A stretch of 64,000 nucleotides of DNA from Octopus bimaculoides. Taxonomy: Eukaryota. Of the stretch, positions 27,489 to 38,660 are shown in pieces (the first letter of the stretch is position 1; every line of letters starts with the position of its first letter). The stretch spans positions 21,973,425-22,037,424 of the forward strand of contig NC_068985.1 of assembly GCF_001194135.2 (NCBI RefSeq), given 5' to 3'. Under the pieces are notes generated by a model, which was not told the DNA's origin, did not search any database, and saw only the letters and a list, made by a program, of their open reading frames with translations. Both the position numbers and the translations under genes were made by a program.

Positions 27489-28365
27489 ATCTAGACAAAT
27501 CCCAGAGTATAAGAAAAAGGTTCTTCCCTAACAACACACAGGGCACATGGACTCTGCAAGCCACAGTAAAGCTAACCCATCTAGGTGAGAAGTAACTTCA
27601 AAGAAAAACTGCTATAAGACAAAGATAACTATTTAGTCTTGTCACATACAACTGCTCTAAAGTTCTTAGCTTGATAAACCAATCCATGCTGTTAAATGGT
27701 TGGTGATAGGAAGGTACCCAGCCATGTATGCATCAACATTTAATGTCTGTTTTCCATGCTGGCATGGGTTGGATGGGTTGACAGGGACTGGTCAGGTCAA
27801 GAGCTGCACCAGGTCCCATTGCCTGCTGTGACATGGTTTTTATAGTTGGATACCCTTCCTAACACCAACCACTCTATAGAGTGTACTGGGTGCTTTTTAT
27901 GTGGCACCAACACCCATGCTAATGCTTTTTTTATGTGGCATCTTGGTTCCAGGATCTCAATCATCCACAAAAAAAAAAAAAATGTGACATGTGCAACAAC
28001 AAATGTTGGTGATTTCTTTGCTGCTGTGCTTGGTAGATGATAAAAGACTGTTGACAAGTTGTAAGACGTTGTGAGACACGCCAGCATTGAAAATTGAATG
28101 TTAAATGATGATGGTGATAATGGCGGTGGTGATGGCAGTAGTGATGGCGGTGGTGATGGCAGTAGTGATAGTGGTGGTGGTGGTGGTGGTGGTGGTGAGT
28201 TGCAGCACTTTTCAAATTTTCCGAAACCATGAACAGCTTTGGTAATAAAACACTCAAGCAGAAGAAACCTTTTTAATTGAAAAGTACATTTCATCCGTTT
28301 AATTTTGGTAAGACTTTTATATAGAGAACTTCATGAAATAAAATTCTTACTTTGACACATCAAAG

Positions 28366-28438
28366 ACGTCTAGTGCTTGAACGGGAAAATGATTACTTCA
28401 TGCCAGCAATGGAAAACTTGATAAAATATTTCGTAGGA
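28366..28438 (+). CDS. Candidate isolated internal exon (RLVLERENDYFMPAMENLIKYFVG), product unknown
   Basis: AAG acceptor, 73-nt open frame, GGA|GTAAGT donor, non-repetitive sequence; no recognisable homology. Confidence 0.3.
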
Positions 28439-29330
28439 GTAAGTGATTAACTCAGTTATAGCCACACTTCTCCAGCTTTTCTCTATACAGCAAGCAGCTT
28501 CTCAATCAGTCTGTTTTATTGATAAACTGTCAATGTGTGGCAACTGTACACAAGATTAGCTAAGGAAAATATTATCCCTTGGGGCGAGTATTTGACTTCA
28601 ACTGCTTAATTTGTTGGCTTATTCAATCTCTCTTGAAAACTTTAATAAAACAGTGAGGGGTGGGGGAACACTACAGCTAAAGTACACATGGTTTATAAAG
28701 AGAAAAAAATATGTATAGTTATAACTAATGAAATATATAGACATAGAACTATTTGCATAAGATTAAAAAAGAGGAAAAAATATACCATATGAAAATAAAA
28801 GAAATAAAATGAAGCAAACAATGAAGTGGGAGATATTAATTCACTATTTGATGTCAAAAGGTGAACACTATATAGAATTGAAGCAAGCTGAATCTATATC
28901 CCAGTTCTGATTACTGGCCATAGTCATGTCTCTCTGCTTACTATTACACTAATGTTTTTGAAAAAGACATGAATGCCACAGAATCTTATTTTCCTTCTCC
29001 TCTAAAACTGAGGCTGCATATTTATGTAGGAAATCAATAACTGACGTCAAAGTTTGTGTAATGAAATAAGGCCATAAATTTGGAGGAGTTAGTCAATCAA
29101 ATTGATCCCAGTACTTGACTGGTACTCTTTTTTTTTTATCAGTCTGGAGGAACACAGAGCAAATGTTGACTTTAGCGAAATTTGAACCTAAAACATAAAT
29201 ACCATAAATCACTCTAACACTCTAACAATTCTGCCAATTCACCACCCTGTACAGTAATATAATTAAAAAAGCACTGGGTCATCTGGCAGTTTATAACCCT
29301 TTAGTATCAGTTTATAACCCTTTAGTATAA

Positions 29331-29544
29331 CCCTTTAGTATTACTCTGTCAAATGTAATGCTTATATATTCACATCATTTTAAATTAGTCATGCAATATT
29401 TCATAGCTTTGAGATTTCGATGATGTGATTGTTTATTTTAAAAATGACAATGTAGGGTAGGTGTGAAAGGCCAGATCTGACTGGTTTGAAGCTAAAACAG
29501 GTAAACTATTTTGGCTGGTTATGACTGGTTTAAATGCTAAAGGG
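29331..29544. mobile_element. piggyBac-like MITE
   Basis: CCCTTTAG ... CTAAAGGG termini; TTAA at the right end and ATAA at the left. Confidence 0.65.
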
Positions 29545-29749
29545 TTAAACTATTTAAAGTCAGTTTTCATATATTCTATGTTCTATAGAGCAGGCATAGC
29601 TGTGTTGTTCAGAAATGTATTTTACAGTCATATGGATTCAGGTTCAATCCTACTATGAAACACCTTGAGAAAAGTGTCTTCCACCATAGCTACAGGTAAA
29701 CCAAAACCATTTATCCTCCTATCCATCTTCATAACCCACTACTTCCATG

Positions 29750-30200
29750 AGAGTCATGGGACAGAGTTCTCAGATGTGCCCTCTAAAGGGTCCTAATAGA
29801 ACTATCAACAATTATTTTGGATGCCCCTCCATCCAAGCCCAAGCAAGACTAATAGAAGCAATGGATGTTATCTAACCAAATTTCTTGTGGTCTACCCCTA
29901 GGTCAGCTGCCAGTTGACCTTGCCTGATAAATAAATCTGTCCCCTGACTTTTTCCTCAAACATTCTCACCACATGTCTGTAATATCAAACTGCACGAGAG
30001 AAATTTTGTAGACAGAGACTGTGTAAGTGTCCGTTGAGGTGTTCTTTCCAGCTCTTTTTGTATACTGAATCTGTTGTTCAGTTTAATGCCTGCCTCCACC
30101 TGGCTTTTAGGTGCCTTTAGCAGAGTCTACTCTGTTGCAAGTATTTGGGCTAGATCTCTAGTGAGGATTCTGTCATAGTCTCCAGCATTTGAGAGAGGCT
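29750..30200 (-). mobile_element. RTE LINE 3' relic, same lineage as 63.1 kb
   Basis: YYRHVVRMFEE...GS*PRGRPQEIWLDNIH on the minus strand. Confidence 0.7.
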
Positions 30201-33200
30201 ATGAAAAAAAATCAAGGGTGTCACTTAGATGTTCTCTCCTGACTTAAGAAAAAAACCTCTCTTTAAAGTAAAGTCAAATTGTTCAACTTACAAACTGAAA
30301 GTAATTATTAACAGAAAATATGTTACACACAACAGAAGTAGTATTAGATTAAAATGGTCTGGGCAGCTAATTTCAACACCAATGATTGTTCAGTCTCTGT
30401 TTTCTTATATCAGAGGCAATAGATTTTGTCCTAGTAAGCAGTTGGCAGTGAGTACATGCTACTGACAAAGCCCAAAAAGGCAGAAATGCACATCTGGCAT
30501 TCTCCCCATCACTGCTGGACAATTTTCATCTGTTACTGATTTATTCATGTTTCTAAATATAGTATGTCTATATGAGATGTTATCTCAGGATGAAAACTGA
30601 AGTAAATTTGACTTTATCACAATGCATTTGCATTAAAATATAATACCCTGATGGCTATAATTATTAATAGACTCCTTTGCAAAGAATCTGTTTGAATTGG
30701 TCATATCATGATCACTCTCAAATGTCAAATAAACCATTCTTTGGTCTTGTCCAATCAGAATTAAAACACAGCAACACATGTGCAATTTATGCATGTGTTA
30801 GTGCTAAAAATTATTAAGCAGTGGCTCAAACTTTTAGATGGAGATTAAAATAAAATATAAGGTTTGCAAAGTTTATTTTAAAACCAGGAAACTGCTGAAT
30901 GGCATAACCATTTTAGAAAAATAGTTCTCAGAGAGTAACCAAAACATTTTATTTTTTATTTATTTGAATGAATGGTATCGTGAATCTTTTAAGTATAATC
31001 AGCACCATTTTAATGGTGTGATTGAAGGCAACAGCAAAAGTAATTTAAGAGTTATAATTAGATCTATATGGTTTTGAATAAAAAAAAAAAAATCAACAAA
31101 ACTGCACAGATATTCCACACATGAGTCATAGGTTGAGGACCTCCTTATTAATGGGTAATTTTTAGAAAGATTTTATTTTCAGAAATGTATTGAAAGATTC
31201 ACACACACGCACACACACACGTTCAAATATACACACAAAAATATACATGAAGAATGATAGAAAAAAAAAACACTGGAAGACAAGAGATCTAGTTAATGGT
31301 AGCTATGTATTTTGATCTGACTATGTCACTTGCCATATTTTTCATTTCGTTGCTCGTGGCTGTTCATGACATATTTTAATGTCGAATACTGATACACATG
31401 CATAAATGCTTGGAAGGTTCTTAGTTGCTAGTGGGAGGGTGGGGTGAGGAGAAAAGGGGTAAGTGTGTAGGGAGCTACACACTAAAGAAAGAAAGACAAA
31501 AACAAACACTTATTCACGACTTTCCTGAACTGCTTTCAATATTTTCTTTCTGCATGCAATGCATGTTTGTCATGAAGCCAGCGTTGGTATTCAACCCTGA
31601 AACAACTTTGTTGGTTTGATTAACTGTGTTGCATTGTTAGCTGAAGTGAAGCTATTCCTTGTACAATGCATATCTGATTCAGCAAACCTGATAATTCCTG
31701 CAAGCTAAATTCATGGAATAAGGAAACAAAAACTAACATGCTGATTAATTTTAGATATTGTATGAAAATGTTAGGGCAAGCCCAGCTTTAATATGTAAAT
31801 AGAGATACAATTTTTACTTTATTTTGTAATTTAGTCACTAAATTTGTTTCTTTTGATTAATTGATAAATTTAATTTTCTCTAATTTACTGTAGTCATCAT
31901 AAACCTGTACTACTATAAAGTATATTTCTATCTGGCAATAGATTCATCAGCAAAAAACTTTACCAGACAGCATTTATGGGGACAGGAGGGAGAGCAAAGG
32001 AGGCCCATAGTGTAGATATTTGAGAATGCTCAACCCAATAAAGGGTAGATCAAATGTAAAAGGGGCTTATTTGGTAGTAAGTAGTATAAGAATGGATGGT
32101 ATGATGATATAGACTAAATCTTGTGAAAGAAACACACACACACGCATGCACACACAATAGGCATCTAATGATGCAAAGCATGTTAGCACTGAAATGACAT
32201 GGTGAGTAAATGTTGTATAGCCTATAATATTGAATATTTGTGAAACGATTAATATGATTAACACAAAAGTTAATGTACCTATTATATCTAAAAGGAAGCT
32301 TGGTATGTACAAGACAGACATGGTCCTTCAACCAGACTAGGAAACCAATAGCACCAAATAGAAACTCATATAGACTATAATGATACCACCTCCACCTCCA
32401 ACCCTTGCTAGCATGAAAAATGGACATAAAAATGATGAAAATGATGGTGATGACTAAATTCTGTTAGATATAGCAATCTATACTGTGACAATTTGGAGTT
32501 GAAAGTAATTAAAAGTGAAGCATGCAATGCCTGGTAAAAATAATGAAATTAATATTATTTACTTGATATTAAATGTTGCCCAAGGGATACATTGAATGTA
32601 GATGTACTGAATGTTTGAGAACTTTAGGTATCACAGGTTGTATACTGTGGGGATTATGAAAAATGGGTTAGTAAACAATAGTGTCTTGTATTTGGCAGTG
32701 ACTAAAATTGAGGTAAATCAAAGAAAACCTGGATAATGCAGTAAGGCCCGAGGTAAATGAATTAAATTGATTATATAGAAGAAGAAGAGGAGAAAAAATA
32801 GATACGATTGAGCAAACAAATTCTGTCAATGTCAGCTTCAAAAATCTGATGATGATGAAAATTACATGCTATTAGAATAAAACTATGTAGTCAAATAGTC
32901 TAATAGTCTAGCAAGTAAACAATGACATATACAGAATTCTTATGTTTCTGACTTTTCCAATTGTGTAAAAACAAAAATCCTTTCAGAAAAAAATAAATAA
33001 ATAAATAAATTAAAAAAATTGTTAATATATTCCTTCAAGTGAAACAATCAATTTAAAAGGCTCTGCATCTGGGCAAAGTTAAATAATGCAAGCTGTGAAA
33101 GAATAACCTAATTTCCTGTCATGGCTGTTGAAGACGTCTGATATCAAAGCAGCAGAGATTAACAGTGAAAAAGTTATTAAAAGACAGAGGTGGAAAAAAG

Positions 33201-33588
33201 GAGAAGAAAAAAAGCAAAAAAAAAAGGAGGGTGCTTTCTTATCTCTTTAAGCAATGGGGTGCAATGCAGCAATGGCAGGATGCTACTGAAGAGTTTTGAT
33301 CTAATGATGCAGCATTCCGCATGGAAATCTATTTTTAAAAAATCATCCTCATTATTATTCTACTATTAACTCATCTACACGTGCTTTGAAAGTCTTAATA
33401 GTTTGTGTTGTCTTCAATAGAATTTATATAATCTGGTAGACTTTATTGAGAAAAAAAAAAATTAGAATATGAAATAAGAAAATAAAAGATATTGATGAAA
33501 AAAGAATAAACAGCAATATAATCATCTTTGTCAACAACAACATATATATGCATGCATATATCATCACCATTACCACTACCACCACAAC

Positions 33589-33621
<33 letters not shown>

Positions 33622-34481
33622 TTAATGTCCATTTCCCACCCTGACATGGGTTGAACAGTTTGACAAGAGCTAGCCAGCTGGAGGGCTGCCCATGCTTCAA
33701 CCATCTGTTTTGGCATGGTTTCCTATGGCTTGATGCCCTTCCTAATGCCAACCACTTTACAGAGTATACTGGAAGCTTTATGCATGACACTGACACAGGT
33801 GCTCTTTATGTGGCCCCAAACATGTTCTTTTATATATGGCCCTGAATGGGTACTTTTCTACATGATACTGGTATGGGTGTTCTTTATGTGGCACAATCAT
33901 GAGTGCTTTTTATATGGTGCCAGCACAGGTGCTTATTATGTAGAACCAGCATCTGTAAGTCAACAATGCAAGGACTTCTTGGCTGAGAGAGTCACATTCT
34001 TGTATGTATAGATGACCATGATTTTACCTAGCTTAACATGTCTTCTCATCTACAGCAAATTGCCAGAAGTCTTGCTCTCTTGCCTTCTCCTCAGTGAGGC
34101 ACAATGTCTGAAGATCCTTTTTCATCACTTCTTCCTGAGTCTAACCCTTCCACATGTTCCCTTCACAATTAGAGATTGATACTTATTTATGCAATTGTCC
34201 TCATCTGTATGCATCACATGACCATATTACCACAGTCATCTGATGCCTCTTATACCCAATTTTTTTCTAAAATCATTAACACTCTGTTGTACATGCACAC
34301 TAACATTACCCATCCAGTGGAACATAATGACTTCATTTCTTTCAAGTCTTTGCATGTTCTCTTTATTCACAGCCCATGTCTTACTACCATATAGCATAGT
34401 TGTTTGTACACAGGCATCAAACAATCTGTTCTATATTTAAGAGATGAGGAATTATGTACATTATTTACATTATTTACATTT

Positions 34482-34491
34482 NNNNNNNNNN
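34482..34491. other. Assembly gap flanked by an exact 168-bp duplication
   Basis: 34314-34481 equals 34492-34659. Other gaps: 16718-16820, 18809-19126, 53625-54009, 55304-55364. Confidence 0.95.
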
Positions 34492-34691
34492 CCAGTGGAA
34501 CATAATGACTTCATTTCTTTCAAGTCTTTGCATGTTCTCTTTATTCACAGCCCATGTCTTACTACCATATAGCATAGTTGTTTGTACACAGGCATCAAAC
34601 AATCTGTTCTATATTTAAGAGATGAGGAATTATGTACATTATTTACATTATTTACATTTGACGGATATTTGTCCTCATCTTGTTTGTTGTT

Positions 34692-34737
34692 AACACAACG
34701 TTTTAGCTGATATACCTTCCAGCCTTCATCAGGTGTC
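34692..34737 (-). ncRNA. Minimal hammerhead motif with G12-to-A core lesion
   Basis: Minus strand reads GACAC CUGAUGA A GGCUG GAAGGUAUAU CAGCU AAAA CG UU GUGUU. Stem I GACAC/GUGUU and stem II GGCUG/CAGCU form, but GAAA reads AAAA. Confidence 0.6.
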
Positions 34738-34770
34738 TTGGGGAAATTTTGAACCTGGGTTAGAACCCAC

Positions 34771-34841
34771 GGGCATACGACATAGTGGTTAAGAGCGCAG
34801 GCTACTAACCCCAAGATTCCGAATTCGATTCCAGGCAGAGA

Positions 34842-34843
<2 letters not shown>
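34771..34843 (+). promoter_or_regulatory. tRNA-derived Pol III internal promoter (A/B boxes); SINE head, not a functional tRNA
   Basis: GGGCATACGACATAGTGGTTAAGAGCGC (A-box/D-arm-like) followed by GAATTCGATTCC (B-box/T-arm-like), then (AAT)n. Confidence 0.7.
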
Positions 34844-34898
<55 letters not shown>

Positions 34899-34950
34899 CA
34901 ACATTGAAAAACTACCTTATGAATGAGAACCCAGGTTTGAAATTTTCCCA

Positions 34951-34991
34951 AGACTGAAGGCTGGAGGGTATATCAGCTGAAACGTTGTGTT
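34951..34991 (+). ncRNA. Minimal hammerhead motif with a 6-nt deletion through CUGAUGA
   Basis: Reads AGAC-UGAA GGCUG GAGGGUAUAU CAGCU GAAA CG UU GUGUU. Relative to the other arm, ACCTGA is missing while GAAA is intact. Confidence 0.55.
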
Positions 34992-35298
34992 GACAACAAA
35001 GATGAGGACAAATATCCATCAAATGTCAATGATGTAGATAATGTATCAAACAATCTGTCTTTCACTGTGAGGGAGAATCCATTTGTTACCAACAAAGATA
35101 GCAACTCTCTGAACTTTGTCCAGCCTGTTTTTATTCTAGCAATTATGTTTCCAGAGCTTCCTCCTCCACTGCTAACTTGGTCACTTAGGTAATGGAAACT
35201 ATCTTCTATTTCTGAGGATCTCCCCAGATATTTGAGGGAGTCTATTTACACAAATACATACACACACACAAACACACACATGTGAATTTATGTGTGTA

Positions 35299-36165
35299 CA
35301 GGGTCTGATCTATAAGTATCTGGACTGTTGCTATAGTAACAAAGCTAAAGCACGAAGAGTGATGCTGCTTGGCACAGATTGACCTTGAACTCTGTTGTAC
35401 TTGCACACTAAGTTTTAACATTCTAGCTCACTTCCGTTGTTTATAGCAGTACTTGGAAGGAAGGTGTGTAGCGTGTGATCATCACATTGACCATGACAGA
35501 GAAAGTTGAGCAGAGAATCTGCATCAAATTTTGCCAAAAGCTTGGCAATACCTGCTCAGAGGCCTATGCAAAGTTTTCAAAACACAATCAAGGAAATCTT
35601 GTTCAACTGAAACCCAAGTGTCTTTTTGGTCAGCTGAAAGCAGTTTTGGCACAAACTTGGCAAATACTTGTCTCATACCTAAATCTTCAGTGATAATGGA
35701 CTGAACTGAAGTGTAACTAATCAGCTCATCTTCTGATAACTCACGGATGGTGATTCAATGATTTCCCCTCACAGCTGCACGCACATCTGCAATATTTTTT
35801 TCAGTTCTGCTGTTTGTGCATCTCCTAGAATGTTCGTCAACATCGACATTTTTTTTGACTATCTTGGAAATGTCTCAACCACTCGTACACTTGCGTGCAG
35901 CTCATACATTCCTTTCCATACACTTTCTGCAACTTTTTGTAGGCCTCTGAGCAGGCATCGCTATGACAACTTTCTCTGTGATGGTCAATGTGATGATCAC
36001 ACACTACACACCTTCCTTCCAAGTACTGCTGTAAACAGCAGAAGTGAGCTAGAATGTTAAAACTTAGTGTGCATGCACAGCAAAGTTCAACATCAATGGC
36101 TTTACTCTGCATGCTTTAGCTTCATTACTATGCCAACAGTATGGATATTTATTAATCAGATCTCG
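35299..36165. mobile_element. Non-autonomous mariner derivative made of two left ends in inverted orientation
   Basis: TA on both sides. Arms of about 280 bp are inverted. Plus arm encodes MTEKVEQRICIKFCQKLG; minus arm encodes CSEAYKKLQKVYGKECMSCTQVYEW and continues to AKFVPKLLSADQK. Confidence 0.85.
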
Positions 36166-36504
36166 TATGTGTGCATAAATATATCATCATCATCATCTTA
36201 TCATCATCATTTAACATCAGCGGTTGGACAAAATAATGGAAACATAACCTATTTCTTCTACTAGCAATGTGGCATATTCAAAACTGTTCCTGTTTGTACA
36301 TATGCTCTCACATGCATGAGAACATATGTCTTGTACTTCATGATAAAGCCTTTTGTTTTTCTTTTTTTGCAGACATTTCCAAAGAGGAAAAATTGTTGGA
36401 GCACAGATGGCTGCGGTTTCAGCCTTTAAAACTGCTGAATTGTTTTGAGAGGTACAGTCCCTAGAATCATGGTGGGATTCCAAAGCCAAGACAAAATCAA
36501 CTCA

Positions 36505-36845
36505 GACAAGCATAATTCTGGACAGAAGGTAAAGCTCACAGAGAGTGAAATGTATTGTGCCTAAATGTTATCAAATTATGGAAGCAAAAATGATAACAAA
36601 GTTAAACCACCATCTTGCCAATCCTGTCAACCAAAACCATTCATCATGAGGTCGAGAAAGCTGGATATCACGAGAGAGCTGCAATTGCTAAACCTCTCCC
36701 ATCCTCCAGGAACAGTCTCATCATTACATAGAGTTTCAAATTTCTCATTTCTATTGTTGTGAAAGACAGAAGAGGAGAACTCAGAATATCGACTAAGGAA
36801 AAGATCACACCTTCAAATAAACATGGTGGGGGGGAGACTGCAAAC
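36505..36845 (+). mobile_element. Tc1-like transposase relic
   Basis: NSGQKVKLTESE...KTIHHEVEKAGYHERAAIAKPL...PSNKHGGG match the Tc1 HTH region and the PTVKHGGG motif. Confidence 0.8.
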
Positions 36846-36869
36846 ATCACATTTCAAAATCTTCAAGTC

Positions 36870-37620
36870 ATGTACTTTGGATATTAAGGTCCATGTTTCT
36901 TGAGCATATATTATGATAAGGAGAACAAAACTTTGAGCTGCTGGCTGGTACCTCTTACTTCTTCCAGATCATGTTTCTTAGTCTTTCAAAATGCTATAGA
37001 TGCCAGAGCAACCTGTTTTTTCACATTCTCTGATCCACTTTGTAGTATACTGCCAAGAAATAACTCTTTGATGTATTATACTTCAGAATCATCAAGTGCA
37101 ATAATTTTTTAGCTAGATGTCAAGATGCTGCATTTTGTAACAATTATTTCATACCATATTTTTTACATGCTTCATGTCTCCACGTTTTTATCTCTCATAA
37201 GAATTGAAAAAGTAGTTGAAAAGACTGGAGGATAGCATTTAACCTTGTTCAGACCCATCAGACCAATATATCACTTGACCATCTATGACCATAGTACATT
37301 CAGTACTGTTATATAGTGCCTCTATAATTTACTCATAGGGTCTACACATATTGTTCCCCCACCCGACCATCTTCCATGGAGCCTTCTTCTAAATCCTATC
37401 AAAGGTAACTTTTAAAGTCAATGAAACTGAAATGTATAAAAGAACTTGATGTCCTTTTGCTTTTTCAATTATCTGTTTGACTATAAAAAGGGTATTGACT
37501 GTACCTCTGCCGGGTCTAAAATTGAATTGGTTCTCTCTTAATAGTTCTTTTGGTTTTACTTTAATTTTGTCAAGAAGGATTCTATTGAAAACTTTTCCTG
37601 GTATTGACAAGAAGGAAATT
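36870..37620 (-). mobile_element. RTE-clade reverse transcriptase relic
   Basis: MSIPGKVFNRILLDKI...LRENQFNFRPGRGTVNTLFIVKQIIEKAK (RT N-terminal domains), followed by degenerate QG-LSP and FLGS...VKKQVALAS segments. Confidence 0.9.
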
Positions 37621-37848
37621 TCCTTTGGTTTCTCCGTTTCATATATTCAAGTTATCTGCATATGGGTTCAGCCAGTTGGAGTCTTCTTTGTTTTTCATGC
37701 TATGTTAGATAATATGTGTAAACATATTAACCATGTGCTGTTTACTGTTCTCCTGCTGTTGACATCTTGCGTTTGCAATATTTGGGGCTAATAGCCCGTA
37801 AGGTGCCCTTCTAGAGCAGATGTACTCATTCTCAACTGAGTGAACATG

Positions 37849-37884
<36 letters not shown>

Positions 37885-38004
37885 ATGTAAGTGAACATCC
37901 AAGCCAGCAGGAAAAGCAGACATAAATGATAATGAACACACACACATCTACATACAGATCTAAGCACATACACACACACACACATATATAGATACATAGA
38001 TACA

Positions 38005-38057
<53 letters not shown>

Positions 38058-38621
38058 ATGCACATAAACACACATTACATACACACATATATAGCCATTC
38101 AGAAATACAGTCATTTTTATTTCATACAAAATAGAGTAAAAAAAAACATTAATATCTGCATCTTCAAAAGGCAGCCACAGTGATTACCATTATGCAATGC
38201 AAAAAAGTAAAAAGAACAAAGAAAAAGAGAGTGTAAATTTTAAAATAACACTAACAGAAGGTTATGAAGCATACAACCTCCTCCACCGTCACGCAAAAGA
38301 AGAAAAGGGCACACAAATGATGAAAATAATATGGCATATGCCTGAATTGAGGAAAGAGAATTGAAAATAAATACTGGGAGGAAAATATACAAAAATGCAA
38401 ATGTCTGCAACAGCTCAAAGGCATAGACAAAGTTGAGAGCTGATAAATATTGAAAAAGGAAAGGGGATGCAGAAGATGTAATATGGAAAGAAAAAAGGAA
38501 GGAATATGTTGAAACAGTGAGATAAAAGATGTAGATAGTCATAAAGAATAAAGGTAGAGAGAGGAAAGGAATAGCAAGGGAGAAAGTTGTTAAAAGGGAG
38601 AAAGTAGGAAGAATGGATAGA

Positions 38622-38660
<39 letters not shown>

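Larger units (their letters stand above)
34594..35058 (+). mobile_element. tRNA-headed SINE-like element with minimal-hammerhead tail, preceded by an inverted truncated copy; 14-bp TSD
   Basis: ATCAAACAATCTGT flanks both ends (34594-34607, 35045-35058) and the insert splits an RTE reading frame. Inverted arms at about 34608-34761 and 34928-35045. tRNA-like head at 34771-34843, then an (AAT)n tract. Confidence 0.8.
33586..35250 (-). mobile_element. RTE-clade LINE 3' fragment (RT C-terminal region, 3' UTR, (GAT)n tail), interrupted by the hammerhead SINE and a gap
   Basis: Minus-strand translation EDSFHYLSDQVSSGGG...IARIKTGWTKFRELL...RLFDACVQTTMLYGSKTW...LERNE...LGIRGIR...YGHVMHTDED...GTCGR matches RTE RT C-terminal motifs; contains stops and frameshifts. 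Confidence 0.9.

Noticed and set aside
31900-31960. Minus-strand CUGAUGA...GAAA with a 4-bp stem II
   Set aside because: Stem I cannot form (G opposite G at the first pair); probable chance match in AT-rich DNA.
34314-34659. Exact 168-bp direct repeat
   Set aside because: It flanks a 10-N gap, the signature of unmerged overlapping contig ends. It also duplicates the SINE's left end, so it is not counted as a third arm.
34771-34843. Functional tRNA gene
   Set aside because: No convincing acceptor stem or terminator; it is a SINE head. No true tRNA or rRNA gene was seen in the window.
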